Assembly (NCBI RefSeq): GCF_963921235.1
Contig: NC_086097.1
Coordinates: 47,432,001-47,496,000 of the forward strand
From: Mobula hypostoma
Taxonomy: Eukaryota
Direction of reading: 5' to 3'
Length of the DNA stretch: 64,000 nucleotides
In this document: piece by piece, positions 1 through 58,689 of the stretch
How positions within the stretch are numbered: position 1 is the stretch's first letter
Layout: the number at the start of each line of letters is the position of its first letter
Translations under genes and position numbers: made by a program
Notes under the pieces: model-generated
The model's input: the letters and a program-made list of their open reading frames with translations, nothing else
Told to the model about the DNA's origin: nothing
Databases searched by the model: none

Positions 1-113
1 CTGAACATGTAGAGCATGTGTTCAAGATTGTATGTCAAAGGACGTGTTGTAGGGGCAACTCGAACTGCAACACAGGAGGATATGTGTGAATTTGAATGTG
101 GAGAGTTGGTCTA

Positions 114-1721
114 CAGGTGTCCCCCGCTTTTCAAACGTTTGCTTTACGAAACCTCGCTGTTAACAAAAAACCTACATTAGTTACCTGTTTTCGCTAACAG
201 AAGGTGTTTTCACTGTTACGAAAAAAGGCAGCGCGCGCCCCAAGCAGCCAAGCTCCTCCCCCGGAACTGTATTCTAGCCAGCATTGCTTAAACACGTGCC
301 TGTGAGCAGCCGTTAGCAAGATGAGTTCTAAGGTATCGGAAAAGCCTAAAAGAGCTCATAAGGGTGTTATACTTCGCGTAAAACTAGACATAATTAAGCG
401 TTTCGATCGTGGTGAATGAAATAAGGACAAAGTGAGTTTGGCTTGTGGAAATTGATGAAGATGATGTTGAAGAGGTTTTGACATCCCATGACCAAGAACT
501 GATACATGAAGAGCTGATGCAATTGGAAGAGGAAAGGATAACAATCGAAACCGAATGGAGTAGCGAACGGACCGAAAGTGAAGTCGTCCAGGAACTGAAC
601 GTGAAGCAACTGCGTGAGATTTTCGCTGCAATGATTGCAGAAAAGTACGACTTTAATTTTGAAAGGGTACGTAGGTTTGGGGCATATTTGCAGGATAGTT
701 TGAGTGCTTACAAAGAACTGTATGATAGAAAAATGCGCGAGGCTAAGCAGTCAAGCATAATGTCGGTTTTCAAGCCTTCCACAGCAGACAACGAACCTTG
801 ACCTTCGACATCAAGGCAGGCAGACATAGAAGATGATGACCTGGCTGCCCTGGTGGAAACAGATGATGATAAGATGACACCCCAGTGTCCCACCACCCCA
901 ACCTCCGGGCCGCGGACTGATACATTGCCGTGGAGAATGCAGCGGTAGCCGGGACGCACCCAACACATCTTTAAGAAAAAAGCCGAAATAAACAAGCTAA
1001 TTAATTAGGTGCCACTCGGCACGTAAATGTCAGCCCAGATCAGAGGCGATTGCCGATTGCGTCACCTCTGATCTTAGCTGACATTTACGTGCTGGGCGGC
1101 ACCTAATTAATTAGCTTGTTTATTTCGGCTTTTTTCTTAAAGATGTGCTGGGTGTGTCCCAGCCACTGCTGCACCGCTGTATGCTTCATGGATCGGTATC
1201 GGTCCGCGGCCTGGAGGTTGGGATCACTGCACCACCCCAACCTCCTACGACTCAGCCTAACACACCATCATCAGTGTGCTCGGCGCTGTCTTCCTGATTC
1301 CAGTAAGTGATACTACACTGTACATACATTATTTCTACTTTATATAGGCTGCGTATTTTTATGTGTTATTTGGTATGATTTGGCAGCTTCATAGCTTAAA
1401 GGTTACTGGAGAGTGTTTCTGCCGAGAGTGCTTGCGTGAGATTTTCGCTACAGAGAACAGTGCGGCAGTGATTGTAGAGAAGTATTTCTACTTTATATAG
1501 GCTGTGTATTTATCATATCATTCCTGCTTTTACGATATGTTACTGTTATTTTAGGTTTTATGTGTTATTTGGCATGATTTGGTAGGTTATTTTTTGGGTC
1601 TGCGAACACTCACAAATTTTTCCCATATGAATAAATGGTAATTGCTTCTTCACTTTATGACATTCCAGCTTACGAACCGTTTCATAGGAACGCTCTACCT
1701 TCGGATGGCGGGGGAAACCTG
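114..1721 (+). mobile_element. Non-autonomous Tigger/pogo DNA transposon (copy 1) with embedded palindromic MITE
   Basis: TA TSDs at 112-113 and 1722-1723; imperfect TIRs CAGGTKTCCCCCGC; remnants of the transposase N-terminus (MSSKVSEKPKRA.KGV.L.VKLDIIKRFDRGE) fused to its C-terminus (DVEEVLTSHDQELIHEELMQLEEE). Confidence 0.88.
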
Positions 1722-1951
1722 TATCATTCTGGGAATGTTATTTACTTGCTAAGTGATACCTTCCTCAATACCAAAGGGAAACATTGACAGAATAAATTTG
1801 TTACATCTCTTTTCATCTATTAAGATTTTGGTTACTGTTTTGTTCAGTTGTTTCTGGTTGGAAGTAGTGATTTATTACAGTGGGAGATGGAGTCTCAAGT
1901 GATCGTATTGAGCTTCATGAATGTTACAACTGCACTCGTGTGAAAGTAAAC

Positions 1952-2166
1952 GCAAACACAAGGAAATTTGCAGATGCTGGAAATTCAAGCAACACACATA
2001 AAAGTTGCTGGTGAACACAGCAGGCCAGGCGGCATCTCTAGGAAGAGGTACAGTCGACGTTTCGGGCTGAGACCCTTCATCAGGACGAAGGGTCTTGGCC
2101 TGAAACGTTGACTGTACCTCTTCCTAGAGATGCCGTCTGGCCTGCTGCGTTCACCAGCAACTTTAA
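1952..2166. mobile_element. Short palindromic Penelope-like (PLE) 3'-tail insertion with two diverging hammerhead motifs
   Basis: Arms match the PLE tail at about 62545-62681; flanked by the direct repeat TGTGAAAGTAAAC (1939-1951 and 2167-2179). Confidence 0.8.
2051..2086 (-). ncRNA. Minimal type I hammerhead ribozyme motif
   Basis: Minus strand reads GUC-CUGAUGA-A-GGGucucagCCC-GAAA-CG-UC-GACUG, an intact core. Confidence 0.7.
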
Positions 2167-2997
2167 TGTGAAAGTAAACAATATTTTTGTCATGTTTCCT
2201 TGTTGATAGTGTTAAGTCTTTGATGCTCTTGTTATTGAATATTCAGCCTTTGGCCTGCTCTTGTAGTCATTTTATTTATGTGATGGACTTGCTAAATATT
2301 TGGTCAGTAATGATCACCAAGTTATAGAGGAATTGGCTTTATTAATGTTGAATGCCGAGGAAAAGTGATTAATCTTAGAAATTATGTTGTAAGGTACAAA
2401 TGTTCTTTGCTTGCAGCACAATTCAGAATATATTCTAAGATTTGCTGCATGTGACAAGATCTGTTATATATCTGAAGGGCACTGAATGTAATGCCCCATT
2501 TCTGACTTTTTATGATAGAGGGATATTTATTTGTGTTTTGTTTAGGAAATTGAGTGAAATCAACCTTGGCTAAGGACCAACTTGGCAGTACAGAAAATAT
2601 TAACTGTTTAGTAATTTTAGTTAGTTTTATAGTGCATCAGTATGAATCTGTTGTATTTTTTATAGTAGCTCTGATGGAATCACTGCAGTAGTTTTATGGA
2701 GTCTTAATATGCTTATAATACTTTGCCTTGCTTGCCTTTGGGTTTGAAATCTGTATTTGTTATGTAGTGACTTTAAACAATTTGAATCCCATTCGTGTTT
2801 GTTTGTATTAATTTGAATCCCATAATCCACTTTCATTTAAAGTTGGAATGATTCTAAATCTTTGGTACATTGCTACCACTGCAGAATTACTTAAAAGCAA
2901 ATTTGCCATCCTCGTCAAGAATTTTAGTCAAACATTTATATTTAATTAGTGTTTATATACTTTTGCCATCTGTTAACACCATGATTTTTTTTTCAGG

Positions 2998-49902
<46,905 letters not shown>

Positions 49903-50504
49903 GTAAGTACAGTACACAGTCCACAAATCAGAGAGAAATCTTAATATTGATACATTAGTAAAAGAACAAGAATAAAAGTTTTCTTTCATTAAGATAATAT
50001 TTTTTGTGGTTAAATTGGCAATGTTCTAAGGTAAAATAATTAGATTTACATTCATGTGCATTTAAGTCTTTGGAACTCTTCCTTAAAGGATTGTTGAAGC
50101 TATCGTTTTTACATCTCTACATTCAGAATCCAGAAATTTTCAGCTATTTGAGTTAAATACCGTAGTGGATATAAAATGGTGCCAATTAACCATGCAGATT
50201 TCTATTACTGAGGTTGTGTGATGTGATAGAAACTATAAGTAATGCAGAGATTTGGATCCTAACTGACAATTTTAAATATCTCTCTGAGTGCCTTTTTAAA
50301 TTGATTTAAGTCTGATCCAAGTAGATATTATGGCACAATTTATTTTTAAGTATAATACAAAGTATTTAATGTATTCCAATAAAGTCAAACATTATCAAAA
50401 TAAATAACTGGATTTGTTTTATACAATTACCATTTGCAAAAAGTCTTTTCACTTAAGAAGATTTCATCTTGTAAATAAGATCATTGTACGTATTCTATAG
50501 GCTC

Positions 50505-53500
50505 CCCAATGGCAATAGAAGGGTAAATAAATAAGGAGATGTTGAAAAGCTGCAAAAATAGCAGGGTTGTTGTCATGAGTGACTTCAACTTCCCTAATAT
50601 TGATTGGCACCTCTTTTGTGCATATGGGTTAGATGGGGCATAATTTGTTACGTGTGTCCAGAAAGGATTCCTGACACAGAATGTGGACAGGCTGACTAGA
50701 GCAGAGATCATACTGGGTCTAATATCAGGCAGTGAACCTGTTCAGTTGACAGATCTCTTGGTGGGCGAGCATTTTGGAGATGGAGACCACAACTCCCTGA
50801 CCTTTACCTTGGTTATGGAGGAGGATAGGAGCAGATAGTATGGAGGAGTGTTTATTTTGGTGAGGGCTAATTACGATAGTATTAGTCAAGAACTTGGAGC
50901 ATAAATTGGGAACAGATGTTCTCGGAAGTGCACAGCAGAAATGTGAAGATTGTTTAGAGAGCGCTTGCATGGTGTTCTGGATAGGTTTGTCCAATTGAGA
51001 CAGGAGAAATGTGGTCAGGTTAAAGAACCATTGTTGACAAGAGAGGTAGAATACAGGCAAAAGAAACGAGTCTAGGCTTTGGAGTGAAGATTTTTGAAAC
51101 AAAAATCGTGTAGGACTCTTGAAAATTGTAGAATGTCCAGGAAAATAGTTAAGATGGGTAATTCCTAGGGCCAGATGACATATGACCATAAGCCTTAGTA
51201 CACAAATAGGCCATTTGACCAGTTGGGTCTACTCTTCCCCCTTGATTATGGTCAATTTTTTCCCCCTCTCAATCCCATTCTCCTGCTTTCCTCCTGTAAT
51301 CTTTGATGTCCTTATTAATCAAGAATCTATCAACCTTTGCTTTGAATGTACCCAATGACTTGGCTTCCACAGCTATTGGTGGCAATGAATTCCACAAATT
51401 CACCACCCTCTGGCAAAAGAAATTCCTTTTCGCCTCTTTTCCAAAGGGATGTCTTTCTATTTTGAGGCTGTGCATCTTGTCCTAGAATCCCACTACTGGA
51501 AATACCTTCCCTATGTCCACTCTATCTAGGCCTTTCAATATTCGATAGTTACAATGAGATCCTCTCCTCAGACTTCTAAACTCTAGTAAGTACAGGCCCA
51601 GGGCCATCAAATGCTCCTCATTTGTTAATCCATTTACTCCTGGGGAATGACTTTGTGAGGGTAGATCGTGTCTCAGAAACCTGATTGAGGTTTTTTGAGG
51701 AAGTGACTAAACAAATTAAAGGTAGAGTCATGGATGTGGTGTATATAGATTTTAGTAAAGTTTTTAACAAGGTTTCTCATGGTAGGCTCATCCATAAAGT
51801 CATAAGGCATGGAAGCTTTGCTACATAATTTGTAATTTACTTCCCTACAGAAGGCAGAGAGAGTGGTAGCATATTTTACCTGGAAGTTGGAGACTGGTAG
51901 TATTCGATGTGGATCTATACTGAAATCCCTAATTTTTTGTGATGTTTATAAATGACTTGGATGATGAAGTGAACTGGTAGGATAGTAAATCACAAACATG
52001 AGAAAATCTGCAGATGCTGGAAATCCAAAGAAGCACACACAAAATGCTGGAGGAAATCAGCAGGTCAGACAGCATCTACGGTGGGATAGTAGGTTTACAG
52101 AAGACTCAAGGTTTGTGGTGTTGTGGATAGTGATGGAAGTTGTCATAGGGTACAAGGGGACATAAAAAGGGTGCAAAGCTGGGCAGAGAAGTGGCAGATG
52201 GAGTTCAATCTGGAGAAGTGTGAAGTCATGCACTTTGGAAGATTGAACTTTAAGGTGGAGTAATAGGTTAATAAGAGCAGAATTGGGCCATTCGGGCTGA
52301 TTTATTTTTCCCTCTCGAGTGGCAGGATTCTTAGCGGTATAGGGGAATGGAGGGATCTCGGGGTCTAAGTCCATTGATCCCTCAAAGTTGATAAGATGTT
52401 GAAGGCAAATAGTGTGTTGATCTTCATTAGTCAGGCAACTTTGTTCAGGAGCTATGAGGTAATGTTACAGTTCTATAAAACTCTGGAAATGATCTGTGCA
52501 GAATGCAGAGGATGAAGGAGAGGAGGTAAAATGTGTTTTGTGGTAGGGTCCTGTTGAAAATCACAGAAGTTGCGGAGAATGATGCGCAAGATGTGGAGTT
52601 TCATGGGGTGGTAGGTGAGAACAAGAGGAACTTTATCCTTGTTAAGGCAGGGGAAGATGGGGTGAGGGTGGGTGTCTGAGAAATGGAGGAAATGCAGGTG
52701 AGGGCAGTATCAATGCTGAAGGAAGGGAAATCCTGTTCTTTGAAGAAGGAAGACATCTCTGTCCAGGAAATGAAGGCCTCATCCTAGGAGCTGATGCAGC
52801 GGAGACAAAGGAATGAAGGAAAGGGAATAGCATTGTTACAGGAAACATAGTGGAAAGAGATATAGTCAAGATAAGTTTGGCATTTGGTAGGTTTATAAAG
52901 ATATCGGTAGACATTTTGCCGAGATGGGGACAGATGGAGAAAGGGAGAGAGATGTCAGAAATGGACCATGTGAATTTAAGGGCAGGGTGGAAGTTAAAGG
53001 CAAAGTTAATTAAATTGTTGTGATCAGCGTAGGTACATGAAGCAATACCAATGTAGTTATCAATGTAGTGCAGAAGGATTGGGGAACATTACCAAGAAAG
53101 CCTTGGAAATGGACTGTTCCCTATAACCAACAAAAGGTAGGCACAGCTGGAGCTCATGCAGGTGCCTATGGAGGAAGCGGGAGGAGCTGAAAGAGAAATT
53201 GTTGAGTGTGAGGACAGTTCCACCAAAAGTGGTGGTGGTGGGGAACTGGTTGGGTAGCGAACATGCCTTATGAAAAAAATATTGAGCAAACTAAGCTTTA
53301 TTATTGATTATGAGACATGCCAAAGGACATACTGTTAAAGTAAGTGGAGGAAAGCTTTAGGACAATGTCAGAGGTGGGTTTTTTTTTGAACAGAGTGGTA
53401 GGCTTGTGAAACACACTGACAGGGATGGTGGTAGAGAATGATATAATAAGGATATTTAAGAGACTCTTAGATGGGCACATGGATGAAAGAAAAATGGACT

Positions 53501-53610
53501 ATTATAGGTTATTAGGAGGGAAGTTTTAGATTGATTGTGGAGTATGTTTATATAGGTTGGCACAACATTGTGGGCTGAAGGGCCAGTACTGTTCTCTGTT
53601 GTGTTGCATT
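50505..53610 (+). mobile_element. Degraded CR1 with nested antisense CR1 tail (about 51185-51640), PLE tail (about 51991-52078) and antisense PLE RT fragment (about 52490-53260)
   Basis: VVMSDFNFPNIDW, HFGDGDHN and RT remnants; nested pieces match other copies in the window. Confidence 0.7.
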
Positions 53611-54400
53611 AAAGTTTGTTTATTGCAGTTGGTACTAACTAAAGATTTAAATTCTTTTTGATGTTCTAAAAATTCCATTTAGAGCCACAGCATCCTATAG
53701 AAACAGGTCCCACTGTCCACCATGCCCATGCCAACTATCAAGTACCCATCGACAGTGGCATGCAAAAGTTTGGGCACCCCTGGTCAAAATTTCTGTTACT
53801 GTGAATAGCTAAGCGAGTAAAAGATGACCTCATTTTCAAAAGGCATGAAGTTAAAGATGACACATTTCTTTAATATTTTAAGCAAGATTACTTTTTTATT
53901 TCAATCTCTTACAGTTTCAAAATAACAAAAAAGGAAAAGGGCCCAAAGCCCATTCTTCCTTGCAAAAGGCTTCTAGTTCTGTGAAATTCTTGGGCCGTCT
54001 TGCATTCACTGCTTTTTTGAGGTCTATCCACAGATTTTCGATGATGTATAGGTCGGGGGACTGTGAGGGCCATGGCAAAACCTTCAGCTTGTGCCTCTTG
54101 AGGTAGTCCATTGTGGAATTTGAGGTGTGTTTAGGATCATTATCCTATTGTAGAAGCCATCCTCTTTTCATCTTCAGCTTTTTTACAGATGGTGTGATAT
54201 TTGCTTCCAGAATTTGCTGGTATTTAATTGAATTCATTCTTCGCTCTACCAGTAAATGTTCCCTGTGCCACTGGCTGCAACACAAGCCCAAAGCATGATC
54301 AATCCACCCCCTGTGCTTAACAGTTGGAGAGGTGTTCCTTTCATGAAATTCTGCACCCTTTTTTCTCCAAACATACCTTTGCTCATTGCGGCCAAAAGGT

Positions 54401-54687
54401 TGTGGCGACCCACTTCCTAGCACACACAAACCGGCACACGAAACAGCACGTGCAGGCAGAGGGCTGGCCCCAAAAAGGGCGCCAGGCCATCTTCACCAGC
54501 AAGGGGAAAATCCCGCGCGCGGAAAGGGTCTGGGAATATGCAGTCCCCACAGCAGTCCCGCCCAGGGAGGGCCGGAACGGGAAGGCTTTAAAACAGGTCG
54601 CGAAGTTTGAATAAGTCTCTTTCATCGCAACTCTAACTCACCGACTACGTGTGGTTATTTTAGCGCTGTGTGTAGCACACCACTACA
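54401..54687 (+). repeat. 5' LTR (287 bp)
   Basis: TGTGGCG...CTACA; about 19 differences from the 3' LTR by manual count. Confidence 0.95.
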
Positions 54688-54689
54688 AT

Positions 54690-54703
54690 TGGTGACCCTG
54701 ACG
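54690..54703 (+). promoter_or_regulatory. Primer binding site, tRNA-Trp type
   Basis: TGGTGACCCTGACG versus the canonical TGGTGACCCCGACG, 2 nt after the LTR. Confidence 0.85.
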
Positions 54704-54727
54704 GCCCAAACGATATTTGGACCAGAG

Positions 54728-55395
54728 ATGACCGACGCCGCATCTGTTCACGCAGTTTCGTTGAAACTGCCAAGCTTTTGGCTGCTGTGATTCCGTTTAT
54801 GGTTCGAACAAGCAGAAGCTCAATTCCACATTCGGCAGATAGCCTCGGAGTCCACCCACTACTACTATGTGCTGAGCTCCCTCGACCAGGAGACAGCTGC
54901 ACAAGTTGAGGAGTTTATAGAGTCACCCCCGGAGGACAGCAGATACACAGCATTCAAAGCCCTGCTCATAAGGACTTTCGGAGCTTAATGCACCTGGATG
55001 GTTTGGGAGACAGGCGGCCGTCAGCACTAATGAACGAAATGCTGGCTCTGGCTGAAGGACACAAACCCTGCCTCATGTTTGAGCAGGCATTCCTAGAGCA
55101 ACTGCCCGAGGACATGTGCCTGCTGCTGTCCGATGCAGATTTCAGCAACCCCTGGGAGGTGGTGGCCCGGGCTGATGCACTGTGGAATGCCGGGAAAGAG
55201 AGGGGCGTCCGTCGCACGGATCACCAAGCCGTGTGCCCAACGGCAGACCAGACCAGGCCCGGCAGCAGAGCAAACCCGGCGGCGGGCGTGAGGAGCCCAA
55301 TGAACAATGGTGCTTCTACCACCAGCGGTGGGGCACAGAGGCCTGCCACTGCAGACCACCCTGCAAATTCCTGGGAAACGCCAGGCCGCTGATGG
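54728..55395 (+). pseudogene. Gypsy gag (disrupted)
   Basis: MTDAASVHAVSLKLPSFW..WFEQAEAQF, LGDRRPSALMNEM, and CFYHQRWGTEACHCRPPC (Cx2Hx9Cx3C). Confidence 0.85.
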
Positions 55396-55429
55396 CTACG
55401 GCGGCTGGCCATCAGGACAGCCTCCTGTA

Positions 55430-58331
55430 TTCTGGGACAAGCAGTCAGGACGCTGCTTTTTGGTCGAAACTGGAGCGGAGATCAGTGTCTTACCTCCAAC
55501 GAGTTACGACACCTGCAACAGAGAACCACCCTGAGGGCCGCAAATGGCAGCACAATACGAACCTACGGCACCCGCACAGTGCGGCTACAGTTCAGCTCCA
55601 GCTGGTTCACATGGGACTTCACACTGGCCGCTGTGGCCCAACCACTCCTGGGGGTGGATTTTCTACGAGCCCACAGCCTGCTGGTCGACCTGCAAGGGAA
55701 GCAATTAGTCCACGCCAAGACTTTTCAAACGTTCTCCCTGGGTGAAGCAAAGCTGCCAGCCCCACACCTGGACTCCATCACGCTGTCCGACGACAAATTC
55801 ACCAGGGTCCTGGCGGATTTCCCATCAGTACTGACACTGCAGTTCACGGCAGCCATGCCCAGATACGGAGTACTGCACCACATCCCGACCCAGGGACCAC
55901 CCCTCCACGCCCGTGCTCGAAGGCTTCCCCCGGACAAGCTCCGAATGGCGAAGTAGGAGTTCAAGAAGATGGAAGAATTGGGGATCGTACAACGGTCCGA
56001 CAGCCCATGCACCTTCCCCCTGCACATGGTGCCCAAGGCAACGGGGGGCTGGAGACCATGCGGTGACTACCGCAGACTGAACGAGGCGACAACGCCAGAC
56101 TGCTGCCCTGTGCTGCACATTCAAGACTTCGCAGCAAACCTACACGGCGCAAGGATCTTTTCCAAGGTAGACCTCGTCCGGGGATACCATGAAATCCCGG
56201 GACATCCAGAGGACATCCCCAAAACAGCACTCATCACCCTGTTTGGACTTTTTGAATTCCTCCGAATGCCGTTCGGTCTAAAGAATGCCGCACGGACATT
56301 CCAGCGGCTAATGGACACGGTGGGATGTGACCTGGACTTTGCATTCATCTATTTAGACGACATCCTCATAGCCAGCAGTAGTCATCAGGAGCATCTGTCC
56401 CACCTCTGCCAGCTCTACTCCAGCCTGAGCGAATTCGGCCTTACTATCAACCCAACCAAATGCCAGTTCGGACTCGACACCATCGACTTCCTGGGCCACA
56501 GGATTACTAAAGACGGGGCAACCCCGCTGCCCGCCAAGGTAGACGGAATCTGCCACTTCCCCCGACCCTACACAATCAAAGGCCTGCAGGAATTTGTGGG
56601 TATGGTGAATTTCTACCACCATTTCCTCCCCTCAGCAGCCCGAACCATGCGCCCCCTGTTCACCCTGATGTTGGGTAAGGGCAAGCACATTACCTGGGAT
56701 GAAGAGGCTGCAGCCGCTTTCGTTAAAACCAAAGAAGCCTTGGCAAATGCTGCGATGCTAGTGCACCCCAGAATGGACGTTCCTACTGTCCTCACGGTGG
56801 ACGCATCCAACACAGCAGTCGGTGGAGTGCTGGAACAACTCATCGAGGGTCGCTGGCGACCCCTGGCTTTCTTCAGCAAACACCTACGACCACCTGAATT
56901 CAAATACAGTGCTTTCGACCGGGAGCTATTGGCACTATACCTGGCAATCCGGCATTTCAGGTACTTCTTAGAAGGTAGGCCCTTCTTACCTTTGTGTTCA
57001 TGAAGGTGTCTGACCCCTGGTCGTCCCGCCAGCAGCGACATCTGTCCTACATCTCCGAGTACATGACGGACATCCAGCATGTCTCTGGAAAGGACAACGT
57101 CGTGGCGGATGCACTATCCAGACCTACCATACAGGCCCTGTCCCAGGGGGTGGACTATGCAGCGCTGGCAGAGGCACAGCAGGCAGACGATGAGATCCCT
57201 AGTTACAGGACTGCAGTCTCCGGTTTGCAGCTCCAAGACCTCCCCGTAGGCCCAAGTGAGAGGACCCGACTATGTGAAGTAGCTACCGGCCAACCCTGCC
57301 CCGTCGTCTCAGCAGCCTGGCGGCGGCAGCAGGTTTTCAAATCCATTCACAACTTAGCGCACCCCTCCATCAGGACAACCATCCAGCTGGTCGCCAACAG
57401 GTTCGTGTGGCATGGACTTCGTAAACAGGTCAGTGAATGGGCCAAAACATGCATGCAGTGCCAAATGGCCAAGGTGCAGCGGCACACCAAGGCTCCGCCG
57501 CAGCAGTTTGAACACACTAGCCGGAGGTTTGACCATATTCATGTGGATATTGTAGGGCCCCTGCCAGTGTCGCAAGGAGCACGGTACATCCTAACGATGA
57601 TGGACCGGTTCACCAGATGGCCAGAGGCGGTCCCGCTCACCAACACCACCTCCGAATCCTGCGCCCAAGCACTGATCGCAACCTGGGTAGCCCGCTTCGG
57701 GGTACCAGCCCACATTACCTTCGACAGGGGCGCCCAGTTCACCTCCAGCCTGTGGTCAGGTATGGCCAGCCTTTTAGGATCGCAGCTACGCCACACAACT
57801 GCCTACCACCCACAGTCGAACGGACTAGTGGAGCGTTTCCACCGTCACCTGAAGTCAGCTCTCATGGCCCACCTGGAGGGGCCTAACTGGGTGGACGAAC
57901 TTCCCTGGGTCCTGCTTGGAATCCGCACGGTGCCCAAGGAGGATCTGCACACCTCGTCGGCCAAGTTGGTGTACGGCGCACCCCTGGTAGTCCCAGGAGA
58001 GTTCATACCAGCCCCAAGGGGGCAAGAGGAAGAACCCACAGCAGTCCTGGACAGACTACGTGAGAGGTTCGGTAACCTGGCCCCCATACCCGCTTCACAG
58101 CACGGACAGAGCCCGACCTGCGTACCCAAAGACCTGCAGAACTGTAAGTTTCTTTTTGTACGACGGGGCGGACACCGGGCACCGCTACAGCGGCCCTACG
58201 AGGGGCCGTTTAAGATGATCAGGAACAACGGGTCCACGTTCGTGCTGGACATTGGGGGGAGAGAGGAGGTTTTCATGGTGGACCAACTCAAACCGGCCCA
58301 TGTGTACTCAGGCACTGCAGCGCAGGGTTAG
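55430..58331 (+). pseudogene. Gypsy pol (protease, RT, RNase H, integrase) with a stop and frameshifts
   Basis: FLVETGAEISVLP; WRPCGDYRRLN, MPFGLKNA, YLDD; TVDAS, YSAFDRELLA; H..AH...CMQC, HVDIVGP, DRGAQF, HPQSNGLVERFH, PYEGPF. Confidence 0.92.
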
Positions 58332-58403
58332 ACCACCCAAACAGAGGCCGATCCAGACTGTGGACATTGGGGGAGGTATCGCCGGTTCTGGGTGGGGGGA
58401 TTA

Positions 58404-58689
58404 TGTGGCGACCCACTTTCTAGCACACACAAACTGGCTCACGAAACAGAACGCGCAGGCAGAGGGCCGGCCCAAAAAGGGCGCCAGGCCATCTTCACCA
58501 GCAGGGGGAAAATCTCGCGCGTGGAAAGGGTCTGGGAATATGCATTCCCTACAGCAGTCCCGCCCAAGGAGGGCGGGAACAGGAAGGCTTTAAAGCAGGC
58601 CGCGAAGTTTGAATAAATCTCTTTCATCGCAACTCTAACTCACCGACTACGTGTGGTTATTTTAGCGCTGTGTGTAGCACACCGCTACA
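58404..58689 (+). repeat. 3' LTR (286 bp), preceded by a polypurine tract
   Basis: Direct repeat of 54401-54687; gggtggggggatta immediately upstream. Confidence 0.95.

Larger units (their letters stand above)
54401..58689 (+). mobile_element. Full-length Ty3/Gypsy LTR retrotransposon, CsRn1-like clade, mildly decayed
   Basis: TG...CA LTRs, tRNA-Trp PBS, PPT, 4-bp TSD AGGT/AAGT, gag-PR-RT-RH-INT order. Confidence 0.95.

Noticed and set aside
445..801. 118-aa acidic ORF as a host gene
   Set aside because: It is the C-terminal remnant of a Tigger transposase, repeated in copies 2 and 3 with different disruptions.
956..1152. Long hairpin as a miRNA or structured ncRNA gene
   Set aside because: Explained by a palindromic MITE with TIRs and TSD, present four times; no independent evidence of an RNA gene.
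55969..58331. 344-aa and 445-aa ORFs as an active or domesticated pol gene
   Set aside because: Upstream stop at 55954-55956, a frameshift or deletion near 56990, protease D-to-E change and diverged LTRs indicate a decaying insertion.
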